Source of the DNA: Bacteroidota bacterium | Lineage (GTDB): Bacteria; Bacteroidota; Bacteroidia; 2-12-FULL-35-15 | Length of the DNA: 64,000 bases | Direction: 5' to 3' | Assembly (NCBI GenBank): GCA_016722565.1 | Contig: JADKIU010000007.1 | Span: 9,531 to 73,530 of the forward strand | Shown here: piece by piece, positions 1 to 8,877 of the stretch | Layout of the letters: each line of letters starts with the position of its first letter | Numbering within the stretch: the stretch's first letter is position 1 | Program-made: the position numbers and the translations under genes | The notes under the pieces: model-generated | Told to the model about the DNA's origin: nothing | The model's input: only the letters and a program-made list of their open reading frames with translations | Database searches by the model: none

Positions 1-26
1 ATCTCTTGGAATCCCATTTATGTAGT

Positions 27-101
27 CTTCGACTCCGCTCAGACTGACGCTCTAAATAAACTCAGATGTTCGTCTAAACGTCAGGCTGAGCGGAGTCGAA
101 G
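27..101. repeat. REP-like imperfect palindrome: 23-nt arms (27-49 and 79-101) around a 29-nt loop
   Basis: CTTCGACTCCGCTCAGACTGACG and CGTCAGGCTGAGCGGAGTCGAAG are reverse complements with 1 mismatch. The core TCGACTCCGCTC/GAGCGGAGTCGA recurs at 42057-42110. Confidence 0.7.
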
Positions 102-125
102 CCTTCATTAAAGCATGAGAAACAC

Positions 126-680
126 TTACATTCTCGGTTTCCAAGGAATTTCCTTAGCATTCAGATCGTGTGATAGTTTTCGCGACAACACAAATAAATA
201 GTCGCTTAACCGGTTCAGGTATTTGATAACCAATTCTGAAACAAAATCATCTTCTGAAAGGTGGATGGTGATTCGTTCGGCTCTACGACAAACACAGCGT
301 GCAAGGTGGCAATAAGAAACAGTGGTATGTCCGCCCGGCAAAACAAACGATTTCATTTCGGGCAAGGATTTATCCATTTCATCCATTTCCTTTTCGAGTA
401 ATTCGATATCTGATTCTTTTAAATCAGGAATTTTCATTTTTGATTTTTCAGGATCAGAAGCAAGGGATGCGCCAATGGTAAATAATCGATCTTGAATTTC
501 GATTAAAATAAGTTTCGAATGTTCATCAATTTGTTGGTCGCGAATTAATCCGATGTAGGAATTTAATTCATCCACCGTTCCATACGATTCGATACGAAGA
601 TGATGTTTCGGAACACGTGTTCCACCAATCAACGAAGTTTGACCTTTATCACCGGTTTTTGTATAGATCTTGAATGTCAT
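126..680 (-). CDS. ATP:cob(I)alamin adenosyltransferase, PduO type
   Basis: 184-aa ORF. The N-terminus IYTKTGDKGQTSL..GTRVPK...ESYGTVDELNS is the signature I associate with PduO/MMAB-type adenosyltransferases. Confidence 0.85.
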   Translation of the reverse strand: MTFKIYTKTGDKGQTSLIGGTRVPKHHLRIESYGTVDELNSYIGLIRDQQIDEHSKLILIEIQDRLFTIGASLASDPEKSKMKIPDLKESDIELLEKEMDEMDKSLPEMKSFVLPGGHTTVSYCHLARCVCRRAERITIHLSEDDFVSELVIKYLNRLSDYLFVLSRKLSHDLNAKEIPWKPRM

Positions 681-681
681 G

Positions 682-1401
682 TTAGGCAGTAATTCGATTA
701 CTTACAATCGTAATGTTTTCATTTTTATAATCGCGCTCCACTACTCCATCTTTTAAACGAACAATGCGATGCGCATGTTGTGCAATATCTTCTTCGTGTG
801 TTACTAAAATAATGGTGTTTCCGTTTTTATGAATCTCTTCAAACAGTCCCATAATTTCGACCGATGTTTTCGAATCCAAATTTCCAGTTGGCTCATCCGC
901 CAATATGATTGCAGGATTATTAACCAATGCTCTGGCAATGGCAACACGCTGACGTTGTCCACCAGAAAGTTCATTTGGTTTGTGCATAATCCGATCACCC
1001 AACCCTACTTGTTCCAACACTTCTTTTCCGCGTTTGATTCGATCGGCTTTGCTGTAACCTGCATAAATCAAGGGAAGAATCACATTGTCCAATGCAGTTG
1101 AACGTGGCAATAAATTAAACGATTGAAATACAAAACCAATTTCTTTGTTGCGTACTTCTGCCAAATCATTGTCCAACATTTTTGCAACCGCAAGATTATT
1201 TAAAATGTATTCACCACTGGAAGGACTATCCAAACAACCTAAAATATTCATCAAGGTAGATTTCCCACTTCCGGAAGGCCCCATCAATGCAACGTACTCG
1301 TTTTTGAAAATTTCCAACGATACCGAACGCAAGGCATGAATTTCTTCTGTGCCAATTTTATAGGCTTTGGCAATGTTTGAAAGTTTGATTATGGACGTCA
1401 T
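682..1401 (-). CDS. ABC transporter ATP-binding protein (MacB/LolD-like)
   Basis: Walker [13 protein letters not shown] signature LSGGQRQR, Walker B ILADEPT and H-loop VTHE. There is 1 nt between its stop and the next gene's start. Confidence 0.9.
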   Translation of the reverse strand: MTSIIKLSNIAKAYKIGTEEIHALRSVSLEIFKNEYVALMGPSGSGKSTLMNILGCLDSPSSGEYILNNLAVAKMLDNDLAEVRNKEIGFVFQSFNLLPRSTALDNVILPLIYAGYSKADRIKRGKEVLEQVGLGDRIMHKPNELSGGQRQRVAIARALVNNPAIILADEPTGNLDSKTSVEIMGLFEEIHKNGNTIILVTHEEDIAQHAHRIVRLKDGVVERDYKNENITIVSNRITA

Positions 1402-1550
1402 AGTTAATAATTGAAAACGCTATTCCAACGAATTACGAATTTAATACGAAATGTACGAATTACAAATAATCCAATGTGTGATACAAATTTACTAATTAAA
1501 CATCACACATTCGTTTTTTCATAGATGATTTGTCACGATCGCTATCGGGA

Positions 1551-2336
1551 TTAAAAGGTGATAACAAAATGTTCCTTCACTTGTTCTTTCCGGAAGAAAA
1601 CAATTCCCATAAAAAACAAATCGATGGTGACAGATACTCTTTCATGATTTTTGATTTCTTGCCAAGCTTCTTTCATTTCATCTGACCAATTGATGTCGTC
1701 AAAAACGAATACCGACTGCTCATTGGCCTTTTCCAAACATTGCTTAAAATAATTGAGGGTAGGCTGTTTGCGATGGTTTCCATCAAAAAAGACAAAATCG
1801 AGTTGAGGGATATTTTTCAAGACATCGGGTAAAACATCATCAAAATTTCCAACCACTTGTTCGATATTTTTCAGTTCGAGTTCCTTAAAATTTTTCTTGG
1901 CAACGGTAGCCACCTCTTTGCAACCTTCGATGGTAATAAGCTGCGATTTTGAATTTGCCGAAGCCATGTACGCTGTGCTTATTCCCAAAGATGTGCCCAA
2001 TTCAAGAATTGTTTCCGGCTGAAACTGATTGATGAGGCGGAATAAAAGTTGACTGTATTTGGGCGATTTAGCAGCAGCATGCAAAATGGTTGACACCGAT
2101 TTGGTTGTATTGTTATTTACGGCAGAGCCGGCACCTAAGTCGATGCAGGTAATTTCTTGACGCGACAGAGAGAGGCTTCCTCTCAACTTTTCGATTGGAA
2201 GGTAGGCATAGAATTTTTTCTTGTTATAGATGGTGCTGAGGAGCAATTCGAATACAAAAGGAGAATGTACACCGTGTTCGTTTACAGATTTAAACCTGTA
2301 AATCAGATAGTTAAGAATAAAGCCCAGCCTTTTCAC
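1551..2336 (-). CDS. class I SAM-dependent (O-)methyltransferase
   Basis: 261-aa ORF with motif I-like ILELGTSLGISTAYMA and an acidic FFDGNH/VFDDI pattern typical of family-3 O-methyltransferase-like proteins. Confidence 0.7.
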   Translation of the reverse strand: MKRLGFILNYLIYRFKSVNEHGVHSPFVFELLLSTIYNKKKFYAYLPIEKLRGSLSLSRQEITCIDLGAGSAVNNNTTKSVSTILHAAAKSPKYSQLLFRLINQFQPETILELGTSLGISTAYMASANSKSQLITIEGCKEVATVAKKNFKELELKNIEQVVGNFDDVLPDVLKNIPQLDFVFFDGNHRKQPTLNYFKQCLEKANEQSVFVFDDINWSDEMKEAWQEIKNHERVSVTIDLFFMGIVFFRKEQVKEHFVITF

Positions 2337-2509
2337 TCAGTAAATTTAGCTGAAAAATCGAATGGGTGGTAGAATTATCGGTTGCGGAAGGTTAAAAATA
2401 CAATTTTATATAAAAGGAAAAACGAGCTATAAGTATTGATTTTAGGGAGAATAAACCCTAAGAGGGAGGAATTCAATGGCATTTATTTTCAAAATAAAGT
2501 GTAAAAGTT

Positions 2510-2539
2510 TTTGTCCTTTATAAAAAGTATTTATATTTG
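2510..2539 (+). promoter_or_regulatory. Bacteroidota sigma-A type promoter for tRNA-Val (TTTG-N18-TATATTTG)
   Basis: TTTG at 2510-2513 and TATATTTG at 2532-2539 give a perfect TAnnTTTG -7 box with an 18-nt spacer, ending about 29 nt upstream of the tRNA 5' end. Confidence 0.6.
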
Positions 2540-2567
2540 CACCCCGTTTAGAAATAAATGGATTTTC

Positions 2568-2642
2568 GGGAGCTTAGCTCAGCTGGTTCAGAGCATCTGC
2601 CTTACAAGCAGAGGGTCACTGGTTCGAACCCAGTAGTTCCCA
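2568..2642 (+). tRNA. tRNA-Val (anticodon TAC)
   Basis: Hand-folded cloverleaf. Acceptor GGGAGCT/AGTTCCC, anticodon stem TCTGC/GCAGA with loop CTTACAA, T arm ACTGG-TTCGAAC-CCAGT and discriminator A. No encoded CCA. Confidence 0.9.
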
Positions 2643-3227
2643 CGGAAAATTGAAAAGCCTTACAGAAATGTGAGGCTTTTTTGTTTTTAAATATTTTAGA
2701 ATTTATAATAGTTGTCACGGTTCGTCCCGATAGCCATCGGGACCAGTAGTTCCCACGGAAAATTGAAAAGCCTTACAGAAATGTGAGGCTTTTTTGTTTT
2801 TAAATATTTTAGAATTTATAATAGTTGTCACGGTTCGTCCCGATAGCCATCGGGACCAGTAGTTCCCACGGAAAATTGAAAAGCCTTACAGAAATGTGAG
2901 GCTTTTTTGTTTTTAAATATTTTAGAATTTATAGTAGATGTCACGGTTCGTCCCGATAGCCATCGGGACCAGTAGTTCCCACGGAAAATTGAAAAGCCTT
3001 ACAGAAATGTGAGGCTTTTTTGTTTTTAAATATTTTAGAATTTATAATAGTTGTCTCGGTTCGTCCCGATAGCCATCGGGACCAGTAGTTCACACGGAAA
3101 ATTGAAAAGCCTTACAGAGATGTAAGGCTTTTTTGTTTTTAAATATTTTAGAATTTATAATAGTTGTCTCGGTTCGTCCCGATAGCCATCGGGACCAGTA
3201 GTTCCCACGGAAAATTGAAAAGCCTTA
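2631..3227 (+). repeat. tandem array of a 113-bp unit, 5.3 copies, starting inside the 3' end of tRNA-Val
   Basis: CAGTAGTTC(C/A)CACGGAAAATTG starts at 2631, 2744, 2857, 2970, 3083 and 3196, an exact 113-nt period. Units differ by only a few SNPs. The last unit is truncated at the stop codon of the 3225-4703 ORF. Confidence 0.95.
2657..2682 (+). terminator. intrinsic terminator of tRNA-Val (GCCTTACA-GAAA-TGTGAGGC + T6)
   Basis: 8-bp stem (one G:U pair), 4-nt loop and T-run at 2677-2682. The same cassette is repeated in every unit of the array. Confidence 0.75.
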
Positions 3228-4703
3228 AACTAATGCTAACTTACTACCTAACCAACCTCTAAAATTAAAGTAATATTCAACAGTTTTTTCCATTGGGGTT
3301 TCCAAAAACAATTTATTTAAATCCAAATGTAATTGTGAAAACAATTTAGCAACATCGTTTTTTGTATCTAATTTACCTGCTTTCCGAATAAATTTTAATA
3401 AAAGGGTTTCTGTTTCATAATTACGTTTATTTCTGAGTAATATGCGATATGTAGAACGCAAGGCAGATTCAAGCCCTTCAATATTTTCACGTTCAAAGTA
3501 AATAATAATACTTAAAATGCGAGCAAAAATAAGTTCTTCTACTTCTACATCAGCCAAGTCAATAACTTGATTCACATATCGCAGTGCCGCACGAAAATCA
3601 CCCAAACCAAAATGAGCAACTGCAACTGCATACAAAATATTAATTAAGCCCTTTTTAGAAATGCGTTTTTGCAAAATGGAAAATCTTTTATCCTTAGTAA
3701 ATACAGCTAGTGCTTCAGCATGATTATCGTTGAGATTGTGATAAGAAATCTCTGCATGCAGAGCTGTTTCGTAAATCAATAATTCAACGGGGCTCATTTT
3801 CGGTGAAATCAATTTTTTATATTCATTTAAGTACTTTGTAAAATCAGGAAAGTGTTTATTCCGTAAGCACAATTGTAGATAATGACCAACTTCCACGTAA
3901 TACGTTTTTTCGGCTTTAGAAACATTATATTGCTCCAATTTCTCAACAAGATCTTTGCGGATATAATAAAACGCCTTTGTAATATCGCCTATAGCATTAT
4001 AATAATCACTCATCGCTTGGTTGTACATTCCTAAGGCAATTCGAGAAAGGATATGTTTCTCTTGCCACTTCATCATTGGCCGAATATTTTTATCTAAAAT
4101 TTTTTTCTCATCGGGGGTACGAGCATAATTCTTGGTTCTTAGAAATAATTTTTGATTGTACAATATATCTCCTGCTAACGAGTAATTTTCAATAATTTTC
4201 AAAATCTCAAGTCGCTCGCGAGCAAGAGATATTGTTGGATTATAGGACACCGTTATTTTGGAAAATAAAATAACAATTATTTCTTCCGTAATAATATAAT
4301 AAAGTCGCATGTACAAACCATTAGCGTATGCGAACTGCTTACAATGTTGCAAAAGTTCAGCTGCATCGCTATATAAACCTTTCTGACGAAGAATTTTATA
4401 CGTTTCCAACTCATCATTTAGCTCGGATTCATAATCTTTATATGAACTATATGCTTTAAGTGCTGCAATTATCTGGGCATAGAGATACGATTTAATCATC
4501 GAAAAATTTGAACTATTCCTCGAATCACAAAATTTATTTTGCAATGCTTTTTCATTATACACTTTCTGTTTATCGATTGCATTAAACAGTAAGATGTATA
4601 GCTTTTCTTTCTTCCCATGCAAACCCGCAAAAAGTTTGAAATAACGTTTTTCGGCAGGAGTTAAACTTTTTACTAAATTAAAAAGTGATGTTTTATTACC
4701 CAT
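3225..4703 (-). CDS. hypothetical all-helical, TPR-like protein, cytoplasmic
   Basis: 492-aa ORF with no signal peptide. It is rich in Y/A/L helical repeat-like segments. The N-terminus LTPAEKRYFKLFAG faintly resembles a LuxR-type HTH start. Function is unknown. Confidence 0.6.
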   Translation of the reverse strand: MGNKTSLFNLVKSLTPAEKRYFKLFAGLHGKKEKLYILLFNAIDKQKVYNEKALQNKFCDSRNSSNFSMIKSYLYAQIIAALKAYSSYKDYESELNDELETYKILRQKGLYSDAAELLQHCKQFAYANGLYMRLYYIITEEIIVILFSKITVSYNPTISLARERLEILKIIENYSLAGDILYNQKLFLRTKNYARTPDEKKILDKNIRPMMKWQEKHILSRIALGMYNQAMSDYYNAIGDITKAFYYIRKDLVEKLEQYNVSKAEKTYYVEVGHYLQLCLRNKHFPDFTKYLNEYKKLISPKMSPVELLIYETALHAEISYHNLNDNHAEALAVFTKDKRFSILQKRISKKGLINILYAVAVAHFGLGDFRAALRYVNQVIDLADVEVEELIFARILSIIIYFERENIEGLESALRSTYRILLRNKRNYETETLLLKFIRKAGKLDTKNDVAKLFSQLHLDLNKLFLETPMEKTVEYYFNFRGWLGSKLALV

Positions 4704-4848
4704 CAGGAATTTATTTATTTATTGTGTAATTAACTGTTTATCAAAACTATAAAAAATTATGATACATTAAGAGAACTGACTTTAAAATAGTTATTTGTTT
4801 TTTAGTTGTCTTGCTATAAACGTACTTCGCAACATCAAAATCAAACAA

Positions 4849-5592
4849 ATGATTAAACAACCGTTTTTCAAAATCAATGTAATTGTTTTATTGTGTGCTA
4901 CTTGTGGATTTAATCTAATGGCACAAGAAGAAAAAACAAATCGATTTGCTTTTGGTATAGATGCTGGAACAACAGTTTGTCGTATCTACACCAAAGTAAA
5001 ACCAGGTTTTACGCTCGAAAATGGGCCAGATAAAAACCAACAACCTAAACTAGGTTTTTATGCAGGTGCGGTTGCTACTTTCAAAATTAAAAAAAGGCTA
5101 AAACTTATTTCAAGCATTAGCTACTTGCAAAACACTTATAGCTATGAGCAACCAAACGGTTTTTATTTAAAACCAGATAGCTCCTACGCAGCTATGCATA
5201 CTAAAGCTAAAGAAGTAATGAACAGTTTACTTTTACTTTCAGACGCACGTTACCACTTTAGTACCAATACATCCTCCTTCTTTTTACAAGCTGGCGGGGC
5301 TGCCGGGTATTATACAGGAAGTAAACAACACTATGCTTCATACCTAGATGAAGATGAAAGCTTACTTAACGAAAAGGAAATTAAAGGCCGCTACTCCACT
5401 TTTAATAGCTGGAATTACTACTTGCGTATAGGAAGCGGATATAGCCTAAAACTAAGCAAATCATTGGTTGCAACATTACAACTAAATGGAAATTTTGCTT
5501 TACGTAATATTCTTTCAGATAAAGTAGCATTTAATGCCAATCACAAAATTCATTTTATTCAAACAGGTTTACAAATTACTTATATACTTTAA
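4849..5592 (+). CDS. outer-membrane beta-barrel (porin-family) protein
   Basis: I prefer the ATG at 4849 (MIKQPFFKINVIVLLCATCGFNLMAQ signal peptide) over the TTG at 4795. The sequence has alternating hydrophobic beta-strand-like patterns and many G/Y/S residues. Confidence 0.6.
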   Translation: MIKQPFFKINVIVLLCATCGFNLMAQEEKTNRFAFGIDAGTTVCRIYTKVKPGFTLENGPDKNQQPKLGFYAGAVATFKIKKRLKLISSISYLQNTYSYEQPNGFYLKPDSSYAAMHTKAKEVMNSLLLLSDARYHFSTNTSSFFLQAGGAAGYYTGSKQHYASYLDEDESLLNEKEIKGRYSTFNSWNYYLRIGSGYSLKLSKSLVATLQLNGNFALRNILSDKVAFNANHKIHFIQTGLQITYIL

Positions 5593-5595
5593 AAT

Positions 5596-7020
5596 ATGAA
5601 ACAGTTACACTTAGTATTCTTGATTTTGCTTATAGGACTTTGCATGTGTTTAAGCAGTTGTAGAAAAGAAACAGATGCACAAGAAACAATACAAAACGCA
5701 TTATTGGAAGCTCATTATCAAGGTAAGGCATGGAGATTGCGCACATTTTTAAGATATAATGAGATGGAATTAAAACCTTTTCATTGGGAAACGCCTTTAA
5801 CTACTTCAGTTAATGGTATAACTTTAGGTTACGGGCCGTCTGAAAAACGTTTTTTAGCTCGCGTTACATCATCCAATCCAAAAATTCATTTAGAACGAAA
5901 AATTGAAGCGGACATCAACAATTGCAATAATGGTGATTACTTAGTAAACGACATTTCCCCTGTTGCCCTATATGATGGGCAAAATGAACCAGAAGCGATA
6001 AATGATTTTATTTATTTATCGATTCAGAATCCAAATTTATCGATTTATAATCAAAATATGCGATACTCAAAGCGAAAATGGATGCAAGGTGATATCGTTT
6101 CAGATTCATCACACTTTTATTTGGAAGAGTTAATTTTTTTACCCAACGGTGAGTTTGAAAAATACATATTTGATGACTCAGCAGATGTGGTAAATTGTAC
6201 ACCAATAAAAATAACAGGCACCTGGATTTTTAATACCCCTTTTGCAACAACAGTTACCTATAATACTTATGAAAGCGAAATTATTCTAAACTATACAACC
6301 TCAACAGGTGCCAATGCGGAATCTGGACGTTATACCATTAAGTTGAATGATTTGGGGGATATTGACATTTATAAAAGCAGCGCAACAAAAAGCGAACGAA
6401 AAATTTGCGATTTAAGATTAGTATCATTCTTTTCAGAGTACATAGAACAGGTTGAATATAATGAAACGATGAACCGCTATTTCGGTAGAGTAATTAAATA
6501 TATTAAAAATTTTTGCGGATTTGCAAATACAGACGATATGATAGTGCTGTACGATGAATTGTTCGTGGAGAAAATACTGAGCTCATATAATAAATCAAAT
6601 TATGAATTAAATGATAGAATTTGCAGTAATACAGTCACTCAACCACCTCCAACTGGAATTTGCCCGGAATTTTGTGATGAATATACACCTTGCGGAAATC
6701 GTACATCATATATCACCGATGTTGATGAAATTCAAATTGGGGGCTCCTTTATTTCAAACTGCAGTGTTTCGGCAGATAGTTCGCTATTTACAGTTTCCAA
6801 TTTTGCAAACCTTGGTGGTTCACTTCAAATTAACTTAAGCAACTATTTTTGGGATATGTGCCACGACTTTGTCGGATTTACAACAACTATTAATGGGCAC
6901 ACAGTTAATTATCAAAGCATTGTTTCGGAGGCACAAAATCCTGTTAATAGTAACAACCCTTGCATATTAATAAACGCAATTATTGATGGCAATACCCGAA
7001 AAATATATATGAACTATTAA
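5596..7020 (+). CDS. hypothetical lipoprotein
   Basis: Signal peptide with a lipobox (LCMCLSSC). It starts 3 nt after the upstream gene. There is a Cys-rich stretch near residue 350. No recognisable family. Confidence 0.6.
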   Translation: MKQLHLVFLILLIGLCMCLSSCRKETDAQETIQNALLEAHYQGKAWRLRTFLRYNEMELKPFHWETPLTTSVNGITLGYGPSEKRFLARVTSSNPKIHLERKIEADINNCNNGDYLVNDISPVALYDGQNEPEAINDFIYLSIQNPNLSIYNQNMRYSKRKWMQGDIVSDSSHFYLEELIFLPNGEFEKYIFDDSADVVNCTPIKITGTWIFNTPFATTVTYNTYESEIILNYTTSTGANAESGRYTIKLNDLGDIDIYKSSATKSERKICDLRLVSFFSEYIEQVEYNETMNRYFGRVIKYIKNFCGFANTDDMIVLYDELFVEKILSSYNKSNYELNDRICSNTVTQPPPTGICPEFCDEYTPCGNRTSYITDVDEIQIGGSFISNCSVSADSSLFTVSNFANLGGSLQINLSNYFWDMCHDFVGFTTTINGHTVNYQSIVSEAQNPVNSNNPCILINAIIDGNTRKIYMNY

Positions 7021-7038
7021 TCTTCAAAAACAATCTAT

Positions 7039-8874
7039 ATGAAAAAAATATTAATTCTTTTAATCGCATTTGCTGTCATATCTGCAAAAGCGCAAACCAC
7101 AAGTCGTCCAATAGGAACTAATATTGATGAAGTAACCTATTATTCGACACAACTTATGTTTAAAAACTGCTTTTTACAGAGTTCGTACTGGTTTACCACA
7201 GATACTACAATGTTATTTAGTACTTGGAATACAGCTACTAATATTCCTATGCGTCCAGATGGTTACCCTACTCACGTACCTTATTTAGATAGTAGCAGCC
7301 AGTGGTCGTTAGTGCATACACTCATATTACGAAACATTGGTGGATATTATCCTAGCGGAAACTATTACATCTTTTGGGAAGGTACAGGTCGGGTGTCATT
7401 AGAATTTGATAGCGGTAATCATACATTTACACTATCGGGGGGCTCCTTTGCAGTAACCGCTCCCAGTCAAAATGGAATACATGTGATAATTCGTAATTCG
7501 CAGTTAAGCGACCCTATTCATAATATTCGTATTGTACATCAAAACGATTTGCCTACTTATCTATCCCAACCTTTTAATGATACATTAATGAGTTTTCTTT
7601 CCGATTTCTCATGCTTGCGATTTATGTGGCCAATGGAACCTATGAGTGCTGCTCTTGTAAATTGGAATGACCGCACGCGTGCAGATAATTTTACGCAAGC
7701 GAATACGAGTCGCGGAATTGCATATGAATACATTATTCAAATGGCAAATCTTTTACAAAAAGATGTATGGATTTGTGTGCCACACAGAGCAAATGATGCG
7801 TTTATTGATTCATTAGCTAATCTTTTTGAAAATACACTTAATCCTAGTCTTAAAGTATATGTTGAATACGGAAATGAATTATGGAATTCAATTTATTCGC
7901 AACAGGAAAATTACATACAACAACAAGGCAACACACTTGGTTACCCAGGCCCACTATGGGAAAAAGGTTGGCTTTTTGGAGCTAAACGTGCTGTCGATTG
8001 TCATCGCATTTTTGAAAATCATTTTGGCATTAACTCTCCTCGTGTTGTTAAAGTGTTAGCAGGTTTTACAACAATACCCTGGCTTTCTGGGTTTTTATTA
8101 AATGCCTATAACAACACTGCATATAACCCCAGCGGAGTAACAGTTAATGCATTCGCCATTGCGCCCTATTTTGGTGGTTGGGTAGCTGATGCAATTGGAA
8201 ATGCTGGTCAAATAGATAGTATTACAGTGCCTCAAATTGTTGATTCCCTCTACAAAAGCATTCGTTATACTGAAACATCACCAGATATGAATGGGCAAGT
8301 TGCTGCGACATCAGCTTTTGGAATTCCGCTAATTTGTTATGAAGATGGTCAACACCTTGTTTCAAATCTATACCAAAACGACACTACTTTAACCAATAAA
8401 TTAATTGCAACAAATGCTGATCCTCTTATGGAACAAGTGATGTGCGAATATCTTGATTCGGTATACACCATCAATCCTGGAAACTTGTTTGTTTATTACT
8501 CTAGTATAAATTATCCAAGTCAATACGGCAGTTGGGGTATGAAGGCAAGTTTATATCACACTGATGCTCAATCACCGAAATATCGTGCAATTAAAAACTG
8601 TGTATTAAGTTACGGTATTCCTACCAATATTCCTGAAACGACAACCAATACTAATATTGTTGTTTTTCCAAATCCAGCAACAGACTATATACAACTTCAA
8701 AGTACTGAACAAATCAAATCTATAGAAATAATGAATGCTATGGGACAAAAAGTATATACTACTGTGACTAAATCAAATCAAATTGATTGCTCTAAGTTTA
8801 CAAATGGAATTTATTTCATCGCAATTGAAACAGAAAAGTCAAAATTGATAAAAAAATTCATTATAAATAAATAA
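7039..8874 (+). CDS. secreted clan GH-A-like glycoside hydrolase candidate with T9SS type-A C-terminal domain
   Basis: Signal peptide. VYVEYGNELWN (an NE acid/base-like motif) and ICYEDGQH (possible nucleophile). The C-terminus VVFPNPATDYIQLQ...GIYFIAIETEKSKLIKKFIINK matches the Por/T9SS sorting-domain pattern. Confidence 0.55.
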   Translation: MKKILILLIAFAVISAKAQTTSRPIGTNIDEVTYYSTQLMFKNCFLQSSYWFTTDTTMLFSTWNTATNIPMRPDGYPTHVPYLDSSSQWSLVHTLILRNIGGYYPSGNYYIFWEGTGRVSLEFDSGNHTFTLSGGSFAVTAPSQNGIHVIIRNSQLSDPIHNIRIVHQNDLPTYLSQPFNDTLMSFLSDFSCLRFMWPMEPMSAALVNWNDRTRADNFTQANTSRGIAYEYIIQMANLLQKDVWICVPHRANDAFIDSLANLFENTLNPSLKVYVEYGNELWNSIYSQQENYIQQQGNTLGYPGPLWEKGWLFGAKRAVDCHRIFENHFGINSPRVVKVLAGFTTIPWLSGFLLNAYNNTAYNPSGVTVNAFAIAPYFGGWVADAIGNAGQIDSITVPQIVDSLYKSIRYTETSPDMNGQVAATSAFGIPLICYEDGQHLVSNLYQNDTTLTNKLIATNADPLMEQVMCEYLDSVYTINPGNLFVYYSSINYPSQYGSWGMKASLYHTDAQSPKYRAIKNCVLSYGIPTNIPETTTNTNIVVFPNPATDYIQLQSTEQIKSIEIMNAMGQKVYTTVTKSNQIDCSKFTNGIYFIAIETEKSKLIKKFIINK

Positions 8875-8877
8875 ACG

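Noticed and set aside
2631-3227. Possible CRISPR array, given regularly spaced repeats next to a tRNA
   Set aside because: The whole 113-bp unit is repeated, so there are no unique spacers. There are no cas genes in the window, and the unit contains a terminator and tRNA-derived sequence. It is a tandem direct repeat, not a CRISPR.
2568-4703. Integrated mobile element at the tRNA-Val 3' end, given duplicated tRNA 3' ends that resemble attL/attR
   Set aside because: No integrase, excisionase, transposase or phage/ICE genes occur within 10 kb on either side. The duplicated segments are 113 bp apart, not flanking cargo. I keep this only as an alternative origin hypothesis for the array.
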